Part shown: in pieces, positions 49,836-63,721 of the stretch | Position numbering within the stretch: position 1 is the first letter of the stretch | Layout of the letters: each line of letters starts with the position of its first letter | Source: Malacoraja senta | Taxonomy: Eukaryota | Reading direction: 5' to 3' | Assembly (NCBI GenBank): GCA_038087875.1 | Contig: CM075980.1 | Span: 10,168,001 to 10,232,000, forward strand | DNA length: 64,000 nucleotides | Translations under genes and position numbers: made by a program | The notes under the pieces: model-generated | The model's database searches: none | What the model was told of the DNA's origin: nothing | The model's input: only the letters and a program-made list of their open reading frames with translations

Positions 49836-51376
49836 GTAAGTAAAATATATTCTTTGGGCAGCGCGCTGTCCTTTTTATTTTAATGCATATATTGCTTGAT
49901 TTAACGTCGTGAGTTCACATTATACTTGATTAGCCAGCTGTATTTCAGTGCAGATAGTGCGATCTTGCTTATACAGTTGTTCAGAGTTCACTTGAACATA
50001 ACTCAGTGAAATGACTGCAAAAGCGAGCTAATGATTTGTCTCGAGCTTTTACAGACGAACAATCAATCAATTTCTCAACAAAAGTATTTTGTGACCAGGG
50101 AACCACGGGACTGTAGCGACTTTGAGCGAATTACCTCGCTAAGGATTGTAGCTACTTGGATCCCCTTTTAGGCATTGAGGTCTGGTTGCACGGTTCCGCG
50201 ACGCAAAGGAATTATTTGTTCCACGTTGTTTTGTTTAATATTGAAGCAAGTGTTTCACTCTGTAGCCCATTATACTTCAGTTGAATTACGAAAATAATGT
50301 ATATAATTGTTGTCGCTGAACAGAGCCACATTCCGCCTTCAAAGCATTTCAAAACAACCATGACCCGAACAAGACTAATCCTTACAGCGTCAATATTAGA
50401 TTAGAAATCGCGCAGCTGCGATTCCAAACAATATATATTTTTACAGTTCACAGAATTACTTAGTGCCGCACCATGAATTTAATGTAATCGAAAATGTGAT
50501 GCAAATCTTCCATTTTCCATTTTGCTTCCCGTCCAATAATGATCGCGTACTTCTCAATGCGAATGGTGTAATTTCTCTCGGAATTTGAAATCGTCAATTA
50601 GGTGAGGGTTGATGTAGAACTGAAGTTGCATGGAATAGGGTTCGTCCAATAAATTGCGGAAATATTCCCAGATTGTCCAGATATGAAAGGAAATGACTTG
50701 GGTAACGGGGGGTCAGCAACGTTCATATTCAACACTGTCAAAATTCCGGTTGACTGTTTTAACAAGGATATCAAAATGCGAAAGGCAGCATTTATAGGTT
50801 TCGCACATTTCCTTCAGAAATTTTGTTTAATACGTAGAGCAACCTTTCGTGGACGCAGCAGTGCATTTCAAATATAAATGCATATTCGAACTACAATGTC
50901 ATCCTTGCTTGTGGACGACATCTGCGAATCGGTGACCGTGGCTTTCGAAGACTAGTTTCCATATATATTTGCCGAACCTAAATAGCGTCACCCTCCATCT
51001 CAATGGGTGCCGACAATTAAATAAGTTTAAATCTGTTATTATAAATGGCAGGAGATGTGTAGTAAAATGAACATTATAAAAGTTATAATAATGTATTCAG
51101 TTTTATAAAACAGTGCAGCCATGATCTATCACAGATGCTTTCCCGCAGTTTATGCATAGGGCAGACAGAAAATTAACTATTCTAGTTGCTTTCACGTACT
51201 TTATTTATTGTTTACCCAATTAAAAAACCCGCACTATAATGGTTTGAATTAGGTCGAGAATAAAACGACATTTCTATAAATGAATAAATGAGTGATTTAA
51301 TGAGATGTATATTCGGCAAATAATGATATCTCAACGACAGCAATTCTCCAATTAACTGTGACTTCTTATTAAACAG

Positions 51377-51699
51377 CTCCTCGGGCACCGATCGTGACGG
51401 TCCTCCCGCCCTCAGCCGATGAAGTTACCTCAAAGAGCACCGCCACCCTGGTGTGCTTGGTGAACGGCTTTAATCCGGGCTCGGTGGCCGTTGAGTGGAG
51501 CGTCGACGGCGGTGCAAAAAATAGCGGCGTTGAGACCAGCCCGATCCAGCAGGATAAGGACAACACGTTCAGTCTCAGCAGTTACCTGACTCTGACAGCC
51601 TCAGACTGGAACTTACACGAGCTTTACTCCTGTGTGGTTAAACACCAAACTCAGTCAAACCCGCTGAAGACAAATATCATGAGATCCAGCTGTATCTGA
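51377..51699 (+). CDS. IGL: Ig light chain cluster B constant exon, intact
   Basis: 323 bp, 8 amino-acid differences from copy A; AATAAA at 51878. Confidence 0.95.
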
Positions 51700-54600
51700 T
51701 GTTTGAAGCGTGAGCTGACTCCCCAAAGTTAGCTAATCACCATTGGGTTCTTCCATGTGACAAATTTCGCCTTTGTCTTTCGGAATTTTCATAAAGAAAT
51801 GCCATTTATAGTTGAAACCTTGATGTTTACGACTTGTTCGCTTTAAATGTAGTTCTTTCGAAAGAATATCGTTCTTGAATAAAGCATCAAAGTCGATTCA
51901 ATTGCGTTAACTAAAAGCATATATGTTGCTATTGTACCCAAGGCATTCTTTGCAGACGTTGAGTAAAGTTTAAAACTATTGTCAAATGCATTGCTGATTC
52001 TCTTTGATTTATTTCTGACCCCAAACATGACGACTTAATATGGATTGTGCTGTCTTGTACATTTGAGCAAAAAACGCTGATTTATTTTCCCTCAATCTCG
52101 ATCTCGAATTACAATCGTAGAACAGTAGTGAGTTTGTGCCACTCGTCAAGTTATACAACGCGTTCTAAGGCAATCATGACAAACGTGATCTCAACTCCAA
52201 TAAGAATCCACAAAATTGGCAGAAAATGCTGTTAATACTCAGCAGGCGAGGCGGCCTGAAGTGAGAAATTGATTTGACGTTTCAGGTTGTTATTTTGATC
52301 AAAAATGTCCCTACCACCCCCACACCTGGGTTTAAAGGATTTGTTAATTATGTTTTCGTTCGTAAGGTGCACCGTTACACTGGTAAATAAAGGCAAGATA
52401 TGTGCATACCTGGAAATTTACCGGAAACGACATTAATTCCCAACATATCAGCAAGATTCTGTAAAACTGATAGTTTGATCCCACCTCTGCTTTACACTAT
52501 CCGCACTCTGCACCGCACCTCCATCCCTTTTCACCGAAGACAGTGACATTAACCGATGACGAGATGTGTATTCCAATTATCCTTAAGCTGTCGTTATCAT
52601 GCCATGTTCCATCACAATCCCCGCTGTGGGTTGTATTTTGTTTCTGAGGGAGCAAACAGCAAAGACTGCATCTTCCTAGTCTTGGCATTTCCATCTGTTC
52701 CTCTAGTGTCCAACTATCCATCAATATCAGACGATCAGATATGAATTGTTCCAATGACGGGACATTCAAAGCCACCCAACAAAGAGGATTCCAATGATTT
52801 ACAACCTCCGCGAAGACATTCCACTTCATCTCACCCCTACATAGCCAGACCCAGCATGATATTAAGTGCCCACTGTAGATCCAACAGATCCAGGGTTCTC
52901 TTGATCATCCCTCTCACAATAAGTATTTAATTTCCAATTAGTTCTCCTCTCTTTCTTTGAAACTCTCAGAGAATCTTCTGCAGCCCAATTGAAATACACT
53001 GCCCGGTTGCAGATTCAAGAAACACGTAGTGTGTAGGAAGGAACTGCAGGTGCCGGTTTAAAGCGAAGATAGACATTAAAAAAAGCTGGAGTAATTCATT
53101 CGGGTCAGGCAGCATCTCTGGATTAAGGAAATAGCTGACGAAGCTTCTTCAGATCCGAAACGTCACCTATTCATTTTCTCCAGAGATGTTGTCTGACCAG
53201 CTTTTTATGTCTATCTTCAAAGAAATACGTAGAGTTTTTATGAGTGGTTCAATGGTGCGTTATTCTCATCTACCAGGGTACAGTGTAATTCATTTTTGTT
53301 TACAGTTCAGTACAAGTATCACTATACATAAGCACTTAAATACATCTTAGATAAACATCTCAGATACAGTAAAATTGTATCGTGGTGGTACACTGAGACA
53401 GTATATAGCGTCGACAGATTGAGCTCCATTTTCAAATCCCAGCTGTTGTTAATGCAGGGTTCTTGACCTGACCATGAAGGTCCGCTGCCCTGGCAGCGTT
53501 GCAGGTTCTTCATCGGCCCTCTTCACCGTCAGGGTAGTGCACTCCCTCCCGCAGTCAGTCTGCTTAACGGCCCATCCTCCGACTCCTTCCTCTCCGGGCG
53601 GGCGAGACGAGCCTACCGGGTGGGTTCCCCGTACGGTCCGCGGCACGAGTCCTCGGCGCGAGATCGACTCTGCGATCTCCTCTTGCACTTTTTTGGTTCT
53701 TCCTAAATTAATTTTTGTTAACCAGATGTTAACAAACCAATTAATATGTCTCAATTGGTGTTCATGCCCCGTCTATTTTAACCACCGTCTATTCAAACAC
53801 AACTGGCGCAATATCACCTTTACATTTGCGATATTACTGTCACTTATTACCATTTGGGCCCATGGGCTTGATCTCCGATGTAAAAAAACGCAATTTTCAC
53901 CTATTTAAATCTCCACGATTTGGTTAATTCCCAATCTACCCCATTTTTACCCGATTAGTAAGAAGATTGTCCCAGCATGATCCTTTTGGCGCTGAGCACA
54001 TTGAAATATATCTATATACGTCAATACTATTGCTAAACTTATGTCATCTATGCCACACGTTGACATCCTGTTCCAGAGCATATTTGCGCGTGGCGTTGTG
54101 AACAATGGATTGTTAAAACTGAGCTTCTTAATTTCAAACAGAGCTCCCAAACCTCTCGTAGAACAAGTGCACATCTGGCGCTTTGAACTTTGCCAGTTCT
54201 TCGGCGGACTTGGATATCTGCGCCATGCCAATTCCGCCTGAATATTTCTCCAGACATGAAAATGCCCATAGTGCACGCTCTGCACAATGGACACAGACAT
54301 TGGTGTTCTTCGTCAAAGTTCATGAAACCGAATGTCTGTGTGCCCTGAGCCAACCATAATACTTTTTATTTCTTCTTCATCCATGCTACCGTGGCGGTAA
54401 TGGACAATGTTAAATCTGAAACTCCCGTATCACCGCAATCTGGAATCTTACATTTATTTTGTTCACATTTACATCCCTTGGTCACTATTTTTTTTAACTC
54501 ATATTTCTTCTTCATCATCTTAATTTAGTTTATTATATTGAGGATAAGTAAAAACCTTTCTTGATGTCAACAAAAGGATTCTATATGATTATAATCAAGC

Positions 54601-55504
54601 CGTCCACAGTGTCCAGATACAGGATAAAGGGATACCATTCAGTGCATGATGAAGTCCTGTTAAGGATAATTCAATTGTCTCCTATGAGGCTCAATGAGAG
54701 GCCTCGACTGCACACCCGCTCGTGAGAGGACGGTTCGGTTGCCTGATAACAGATGGAAAGGAACTGTCCCTGAATCTGCACTATGCGTTTTCAAACTGCT
54801 GTCCTTTCTTGATGGGAGAGGGGAGAAGAGGGAATGACCAGAGTGAGACTAGTTCTTGATTATGATGGTGACCCAGCAAGGCAGCGTGGTGCAGATGGAG
54901 TCCAAGAAAGGTAGGCTGTTTTGCGTGATGGCCTGGGCTATGTCCACAACTGTCTGCAATTTCTTGCGAGTTTCGATGGACCTGTTCCCAAACCACGGGT
55001 GTGATGCATGTCGATTAAAATGTTTTCTAGAGGGCAGCTGTGGAAGTTGGCGAGGGCTGTTAGGTACACGCCAAACGTACTGAGGCTCCGGAGGAAATAA
55101 AGGCGTGCGCATTCTTGGCCATTGTTTCGACATGGCTGGTCCATGCGAGTTTGCTGGTGTTATTCATTCCTAAGTACCTGAAGATTTCAAGCACCTCTAG
55201 TTCGACGTCATCATGTGTGTCCTTCTTGGTTTAATGAAGTCAACCAGAATCTCGTAAGTCTTGCTGCCATTGAGAGATCAGTTGTTATTTTGGCACCAGG
55301 TTATGCGGTTTTCAATCTCCTTCCTGCGCTCCGTCTCCCCCTCGGCTGGATAAACGTTTACAGTATAGCTTGTGTTAATTCTACTCTACCCATAGTGGCG
55401 CTCGGGTGCAGACGTGATCATACCAGGATGTGCAGATTCAACCAGAGGTTGTGCTTAATCGGTCCGCGTTTCGAACTTGTGCGCACCATGTGTTCTTTAC
55501 TGTT

Positions 55505-57232
55505 TCTTTAATTAAGGCCATTTTTATACATTTTGGTTTCACCATGTAGAAATTACAGTAGTGTTTATACATAGTCCCCCCATTTCAGGGTACCATAATG
55601 TTTGGGACACAGCAATGTCATGTAAATGAAAGTAATAATAATAATAATAATGGATTTTATTTACGGGCGCCTTATACCGAGGTCTCAAGGACACCATACA
55701 GAGATTTATAGAAAACATATAATCAGAATTTTAAAAAAATAGGTTATAAAGACCAATACATAAATCAGGGACAGAATTCCTTCCAAAAACACAGAAAAAA
55801 AAGAAAATCAGAAGCACAATTTGAGGAGAGAGCAGCGTTTAATATTTAATGTTTAATATTGTCATGTTTAATATTTTGTTGCTTATCCTTTGCATACATT
55901 GACTGCTTGAAGTCTGCGATTCATGGACATCACCAGTTGCTGGGTGTCTTCTCTGGTAATGCTCTGCCAGGCCTGTATTGCAGCCATCTTTAGCTTATTT
56001 TTATTTTGGGGGCTAGTCACCTTCAGTTTTCTCTTCAGCATATAAAAGGCATGCTCAATTCGGTTCAGATTGGGTGATTGACTTTGCCACTCAAGAATTG
56101 ACCATTTTTTTGCTTTGAAAAACTAATTTGTTGCTTTTGCAGTATGTTTGGGATCATTGTCTGCTGTAGAATGAACCGCCGGCCAATGGGTTTTGAGGCA
56201 TTTATTTGAACTTGAGCTGAAAGAATGTGTCGATACACTTCAGAATTCATTATGCTACTACCATCAGCAGTTGTATCATCAATAAAGATAAGTGAGCCAG
56301 TACCTTCAGCAGCCATACATGCCCAGGCATAACACACCCACCACCGTGTTTCACAGGTGTGGTGGTACGCTTTGGATTTTGGGCAGTTGCTTCTCTACTG
56401 CATACTTTGCTCTTGCCATCACACTGATATAAGTTAATCTCCGTCTAATCTACTCACAAGACATTTTTTCCAGAACTGTGGTTGCTCTTTTAAGTACTTC
56501 TTGGCAAACTGTAACCTAATCAGTGGTTTGCATCTTGCAGTGTAGCCTCTGTATTTCTGTTCAAGAAGTCTTCTGTGGACAGTGGTCATTGACAAATCCA
56601 CACCTGACTCTTGAAGAGTGTTTCTGATCTGTCGGACAGATGTTTGGTTTAAAAAAAAAAATTATAGTGAGAATTCTTCTGTCATCAGCTGTGGAGGTCT
56701 TCCTTGGCTTGCCAGTCCCTGTGCGATTAGTAAGCTCTCTTTTTTAATGATGTTCCAAACAGTTGATTTTGGTAAGCCTAAAGTTTGGCTGATGTCTCTA
56801 ACAGTTTTATTCTTGTTTCTCGGTCTCATAATGGCTTCTTTAACTTTCATTTGCACAAGTTTGGTGCACATGTTGATAAACAGCAATAACACTTTCCAAA
56901 GGGGACGGAAAGAGTGGAGGAAAGACTAGGTGCTGAGAGCTCTCTTCTACCTGCATTAAGGGGGCATTTAAACACACCTGAGCAATTACAAGCACCTGTG
57001 AAACCATGTGTCCCAAACATTATGGTGCCATGAAATGAGAGAGACTATGTATAAATACAGCTGTAATTTCCACATGTGACCAAACCAAAATGTATACAAA
57101 TGGCCTTTTTAAGAATCTGACAATGTGCACTTTAACCACATGTGATTTTTATATTACAAATCTCAAATTGTGGAGTACAGAGGCAAATAAATAAATGATG
57201 GGCCTTTGTCCCAAACATTATGGAGAGCACTG
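55505..57232 (-). mobile_element. Copy-B orthologue of the Tc1-like element, with an (AAT)n-tailed insertion at 55634-55860
   Basis: Catalytic remnant CYAWACMAAEGTGSLIFIDD...MNSEVYRHILSAQVQ; CACTG|TA end. Confidence 0.88.
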
Positions 57233-59561
57233 TATTTGCTGAAGTTCCTTACATGTTTAAGATAGACAAATCTCCAGGCTCTCATCAGATACATCCAAGG
57301 ACACTGTGATAAGCCACAGAGGAAATTGATGGAGCCGCCGCAGAGTCTTCTGGTAAATACAGACGAGGTGTCGGAAGACTGTAGGGAGGCAAATGTTGCG
57401 CCTCTATTCATGAAGGGCTGCAGGGAAACGGCTGGAAGCTACATTCCAGCGATCCTAACATCTGTGGTCAGAAAGTTACTGGTGAGTATTCTGAGGGACA
57501 GGAGAGTTCAAGTTCACATTTATTGTCACAAGCACCAATAGACAATAGACAACAGACAATAGGTGCAGGAGCAGCCTATTCGGCCCTTCGAGCCAGCACC
57601 GCCATTCAATGTGATCATGGCTGATCATCCCCAATCAGTACCCCGTTCCTGCCTTCTAACAGACAATAGACAATTAACTCACAGTACACAAAAATGCTGG
57701 AGAAACTCAGCGGGTGCAGCAGCATCTATGGAGCGAAGGAAATAGGCAACGTTTCGGGCCGGAACCCTTCTTCAGACAATCTTCCTCCTTTGTTCACCCG
57801 TGGTCGGTGCCTTGAAACCTCTGCAGTCGCCGCTATGGACGCCCGATGTACAAGCCCTCTCATCGGGATGATTGAAACCCCGACGTCGGGACAGATCAGA
57901 ATACACTCTGCGGCTTGGACTTCCCAAATTGGCCGCGTCTTACCGGGGACCGCTGCTTCACGATGTTAAAGACCATGGGCCAGCGGTCGTAGCACTTCTT
58001 CTGGCGATCCCCGGCAAGGGATCCCAGGCTCCGCGATGGTAAGTCCACGCCGCTTCCGTGGCGAGAATCTCCGAAGACCGCTGCAGTAAGCAGGCACCCG
58101 CGGTCGGAGCCCCAAACTGGCGACCTTCAGCAAACGATCACAGGCTCCGCGATGATAAGTCCGCGCCGCGCAAACTGCTGAAGCTCTGGGCCAGTCTCCG
58201 GTCTGGAAAGGCTGCACCAAACCAGTTGTTAGGCCGCGAGGGGGGCGAAGATGCGACAAGGAGAAAAGTCGCATCTCCGTGGAGGTAAGTGACTGAAAAC
58301 GGTTTCCCCCTCTTCGCGCCACGACCCCCCACATAAGACTTACCGAGAAACATTAAATCATACATTTAGACGCACTAAAAATAACAACAAAAGTCGAAAG
58401 GACAGACGGGCTGCTGGCGAGGCTGCCACTCACGGCGCCACCCGATGATGCATACATGTGTTTGGATGGTCAATGACTGATTTGGGATAGTCAACATAGG
58501 AGGTCGGAGTGGTCGTGTCTCACGAATCTGATTCAGATTTTGAAGATGTGACCAAAAAGGTCCATGAAGGCAGATCGGTAGAATTGTATACATGAATTTT
58601 AGTAAGGCATTTGTTAAGGTTCGGCATGGAAGGCTGCTCTGGAACGTTAGCTCCCGTGGGTTTCAAGGAGAGATAACGGAATTGATAGAAAATTGGCTTC
58701 AAGGTAGGACGCAGAGGGTGATGGTGGAAGATTCGTTTCCGGCTGGAGGCCTCTGACAAGTCGTGTGCCTCGGGTTCGGCGCTGGGCCCAATGCTGTTTG
58801 TAATCTCTGACAATGATTTGGATGAGAAGGTACATGGCAAAACCAGCAAGTTTGCAGGTGACACAAAGGTGGTTATATTGTAGATTGTAAAGATGTTTCT
58901 CAAAAATTGCAGCAGGATCTTGATCTTGTTCGGATGCCTACTTTGGCCTTGATCAGTCAGAGTATTGAGTATAGAGGTTGGGATGTCATGTTGCAGTTGC
59001 ATAAGACATTGGTGTGGCTGCAGTTAGAATATTATGTTCAATTTTTGGCACCTTGTTACAAGAAAATTGTTGTCAAGCTGGAAAGGGTGCAGAGACGATT
59101 TATGAAGATGGGGACTCGAGGTCCCAAGCTATCGGGACAGATTGAGCAGGCTAGGATTCAATTCCGTAGAGAGCAGGAGGCATTACCCCGGTTCACCCTC
59201 CTACTGGTCTTTGCCCTTCGCTTCCGACGTCTCCTGTTCCCTCCCCGTTACGCCGTCTGCCGAGCCTTCGGTCGGTTTCTCGATGCCCGTCGAACATCGA
59301 GCCTTCGGGCGAGGTCCCACCGACCGCGAGATTTCGGGCGGACGCCGACGAGCCTCTGGGTCGGTGCTCGAACCCACCGCAGACCGCGGCGGGCGAGCCG
59401 GGTTTACCGGTCGGATACTCCGATGTCGGTCCACGGCCGGCGAGACGGGCCTGCTAGCCGCTGCTTGCCGGGAGCGTTCCGGCCTGCTTCACTCAAGACG
59501 GCCACAGTGTTCCGATACAGGATTAAGAATATGTAAATTAGTGCAAGATAAAGTGTGCTAG

Positions 59562-60857
59562 GGTCACGAAAGGTAAATCGTGTCTGACGAATCTTATAGA
59601 ATTTTTCGAGGATGTAACTAGTAAAGTGGATAGGGGAGAACCAGTGGATGTGTTGTATCTGGACTTTCAGAAGGCTTTCGACAAGGTACCACATAAGAGA
59701 TTAGGATACAAACTTAAATCACACGGTATTGGGGGTTCAGTATTGATGTGGATAGAGAACTGGCTGGCAAACAGGAAGCAAAGAGTAGGAGTAAACGGGT
59801 CCTTTTCACAATGGCAGGCAGTGACTAGTGGGGTACCGCAAGGCTCAGTGCTGGGACCCCAGCTATTTACAATTTATATTAATGATCTGGACGAGGGAAT
59901 TGAAAGCAACATCTCCAAGTTTGCGGATGACACTAAGCTGGGGGGCAGTGTTAGCTGTGAGGAGGATGCTAGGAGACTGCAAGGTGACTTGGATAGGCTG
60001 GGTGAGTGGGCAAATGTTTGGCAGATGCAGTATAATGTGGATAAATGTGAGGTTATCCACTTTGGTGGCAAAAACGGGAAGGCAGACTATTATCTAAATG
60101 GTGGCCGATTAGGAAATGGGGAGGTGCAGCGAGACCTGGGTGTCATGGTACACCAGTCATTGAAAGTAGGCATGCAGGTGCAGCAGGCAGTGAAGAAAGC
60201 GAATGGTATGTTGGCCTTCATAGCAAGAGGATTTGAGTATAGGAGCAGGGAGGTTCTACAGCAGTTGTACAGGGTCTTGGTGAGACCACACCTGGAGTAT
60301 TGCGTACAGTTTTGGTCTCCAAATCTGAGGAAGGACATTATAGCCATAGAGGGAGTGCAGAGAAGGTTCACCAGACTGATTCCTGGGATGTCAGGACTTT
60401 CATATGAAGAAAGACTGGATAGACTTGGCTTATACTCGCTAGAATTTAGGAGATTGAGAGGGGATCTTATAGAAACGTACAACATTCTTATGGGGTTGGA
60501 CAGGCTAGATGCAGGAAGATTGTTCCCGATATTGGGGAAGTCCAGGACAAGGGGTCACAGCTTAAGGATAAGGGGGAAATCCTTTAAGACCGAGATGAGG
60601 AAAAACCTTTTCACACAGAGAGTGGTGAATCTCTGGAACTCTCTGCCACAGAGGGTAGTTGACGCCAGTTCATTGGCTATATTTAAGAGGGAGTTAGATG
60701 TGGCCCTTGTGGCTAAAGGGATCAGGGGGTATGGAGAGAAGGCAGGTACGGGATACTGAGTTGGATGATCAGCCATGATCATATTGAATGGCGGTGCCGG
60801 CTCGAAGGGCCGAATGGCCTATTCCTGCACCTATTTTCTATGTATCTATGTATCTAT
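59562..60857 (+). mobile_element. Young 5'-truncated CR1 with uninterrupted RT C-terminal ORF (59626-60759), specific to copy B
   Basis: [27 protein letters not shown]; (ATGTATCT)n tail; absent from A at about 39755. Confidence 0.93.
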
Positions 60858-61524
60858 ATCCGATTAAAAACAATTCAAATGTCGTAAACGAGGTAGATGG
60901 AACGTCTGAACGGAACTCGAGCTGGTAAGGAAGGTGCAATTGCCTGATGACTGCTGGGAAGAAACTATCCCGGAATCTGGAGGTATGCGTTTTCAAACTG
61001 CTGTACCTCTTCCGTCTTGGGAGAGAGGAGAAGAGAAAGTTATCGAGGTGTGACTGGACCTGTGTTGTGCTGATGGGTTGGCAATGCATTGTGAAGTGTA
61101 GATGGAGTCCGTGGAACGAAGGGAGATTGATTTCCACAATGGTCTGGGCTAAGGCCAAAACTCTGCAATTTCTAGCGGTTTTGGATGAAGTTGTTCCCAA
61201 ACCATGGTGTGATGCATCCCGATAAAATGCTTTCTACGGCGCACGTGTAGATGTTGGTGAGGGCTGTTAGGTACATACTGAACATAAACCTTAACCTTCT
61301 AAGAACGTAGAAAAACTGGTGTGGTTTTTTGGCCAATGCTTCGATGTGGCTGGTCCAAGATAAATTGCTAGTGAAATTGATTTCTAAAAACATGAAGATT
61401 TCGACCATTTCTACTTCGGCGCCATAAGTGTGCGCACTGGGTTTGTGCGCTGCTTCGTTTCCCGACATTGGGAGAGGTTGTTTCTTGGAACCAAGTAACG
61501 AGGTTCTAAATCTTCTCCTTGCAC

Positions 61525-62515
61525 TAATAATAATAATAATAGATTTTATTTTAAGGGCGCCTAATACCGAGGTCTCTAGGACACCTTACAATTTAAGAAA
61601 CATATAAACATATAATCAGAGTAAAACAAGATATAAAGACATCACAAATACACGAATTAAAAACAGAAATTCGATCCAAAAAAGACAACAACAAAATTCA
61701 GAAAACACAACACGAAGGGAGAGCAGCGGCAGCCAACCGCGCCAGCGTACACTCTCCCTTCCGCCCGCCATGTTGGACATAGACTAACACAGACTAACAC
61801 AGACACTTAACACTACACACAAAATCATCCCCCCACAATGGTTACCACTGTGGGGGAAGGCGCAATGTCCAGTCCCCAACCCAGTTCTCCCCAGAGTCAG
61901 GCCCATCGAGGCCGCCACAGTTGCCTCTACGGAGCCCCGATGTTCCTGGCCGTCGGGAGAGTCCTCGCAGCGGCTGGAACGGCCGGTTTCCCAGCGGAGT
62001 CGATGGCACCTGAAGCCGACAGGGCCGCGCCGAGTTGGAGCCACGAGGCTCCCGATGTTAAAGGCGGCGCCGCCGCCCGCGGCTGGTTGCTCCGCAGACC
62101 CGCAGCCCGGAGGTGTTGATCTCGGCGGTCATCGCATACCGGAGCGCCAGCGCGTCGATCCAGCTCGGCGACCCAGGCAAGGCATCGCCCGCTACGGTCC
62201 CCGATAGCGCTCCAGCGCTGTGCCGCCGACCGAAGCTGAAGGTGCTGGGCGGTCCCAGTCAGGAAACGGCGCTCCATGCCCGCTGGTAGGCCACGAGGAC
62301 GGGTCGACGAGGCAGCCCGGAGAAAAAGCTGCCTCACCGACCAGGCAGGGACCTAGAATAAAATTACCCCCATTCACCTTACATTCAAAAGTAGATTTCT
62401 CCAACTGGAGACACTAAAACACACTAAAAAACTATTTAAAAAAAGGTGAATTAAACGGACGGGTGCTGGTTAGCAGCCGTTCCCCAACATGGCTCCTCCT
62501 CCTCAGGAGGAGGAG
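61525..62515 (-). mobile_element. (ATT)n-tailed non-coding retroposon with L2-type 3' end, specific to copy B
   Basis: Same tail as 55634; interrupts sequence that is contiguous in A at about 42225-42240. Confidence 0.6.
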
Positions 62516-63721
62516 CCATGTACTCCGTCTCAATCTCCATCTCGGCTGGATAAAACGTCAATGTCGAGTTTGACATATTTCTACTCTACCTCCAGTGGTG
62601 CTCAGGCGAGGAATAGACTTTAATCATTCTGGTTTTAGAATAAGTGCTCTCATTCTGTTCTTTTCTCGTGCGTTAACTTCCTCCATAGAGACTTAACGTA
62701 GTCAGGAACATACTTGCTGTTACACTTCCCTTTTTCAGTAGTTACAATCCAAAGATACTTATAACGAAGCGACGCTGTTACATTTTATCAAGGGGGGGGG
62801 TTCAAAATGCCCTTGAAACATTTATTCTGTCCTCACAATATTATTGCACATTAGAGCTCAGAGTAGAGTGCTTGCTTCAGCAGTTTGGTCTTGGATCTGT
62901 ACCCCAAGGATATGGACACCAAATCACCATCCCTGCCATCCCTTACTCACACACAGCTCCCAACAATGTTGAGCAACTGATCACAACGTGGATACTTTAA
63001 GCGTTGGCCTGTGAACCAATGCTTGCAAACCTTCACTTCCGGTGCCAATAGGTTTGGGCGGTCTCATGTACAACGCATTGGCAACCTTGTGCGTTGGTTC
63101 GCCAGGTTACCTTAATGAGCGACGTTCAAGAATCTGTTGATTGCTGTTGGTTAGCAGAAATTGTTTTTCATGCTATGTTCGAGGTATTGACCTTCGAACG
63201 TCAGTTTCCATAGTCTGCGTGAGGCTCTACAAAAGCATCACTGGGGATTTTAGTAATCAAAGCCTACCTTGAACGGTGATCCCCAATTTTCAGCGTGAGC
63301 TGTGTTCTTGAAATTTGATTTTTGAGGAGAGGTGCAGGGGGAATGGCATTGTTCAGTAGGGGTAGTTATAGGAAGCGCGATTGCTAGCTGCCATGTAACG
63401 TCCCCTCATGGAGGGTAGCTACATTGTTCAGAAGAAAAGCTGACGACCATATGGAGCCCCGCCTCTCCAATTATACTTGCATTTGAATTATTCATCGCCT
63501 GTGCTTTCACCTCTTACCGTCTTCTTACCGTCCAGGGATTGTAGACTCTTCCAGTGTTGTGTTGACAGCACACATTCCTTTACATACGAGGAAACAAACA
63601 TGCATTGCTTAATGGAGCACCTGTACTCAGTCCGTAAAGTGAATCCGGAGCTTCAATTTCGACCTTTCTGTGTGGTTTAATGTGGCAGGGGCGGGGGGAG
63701 GGGTGCCGGGGGGGGGGGGGT

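Larger units (their letters stand above)
18551..63647 (+). repeat. Head-to-tail segmental duplication: copy A 18551-43172, copy B 43173-63647
   Basis: Collinear homology, roughly 90% identical by eye, across unique and repeat sequence; junction gaatacgcc|aaaggacgtatcttt. Confidence 0.9.

Noticed and set aside
61784-62420. Overlapping GC-rich ORFs here and at 38138-38447, 39223-40123 and 57966-59561
   Set aside because: They fall in GC-rich non-coding repeats with few stop codons, show no domain similarity, and frames are not conserved between copies A and B.
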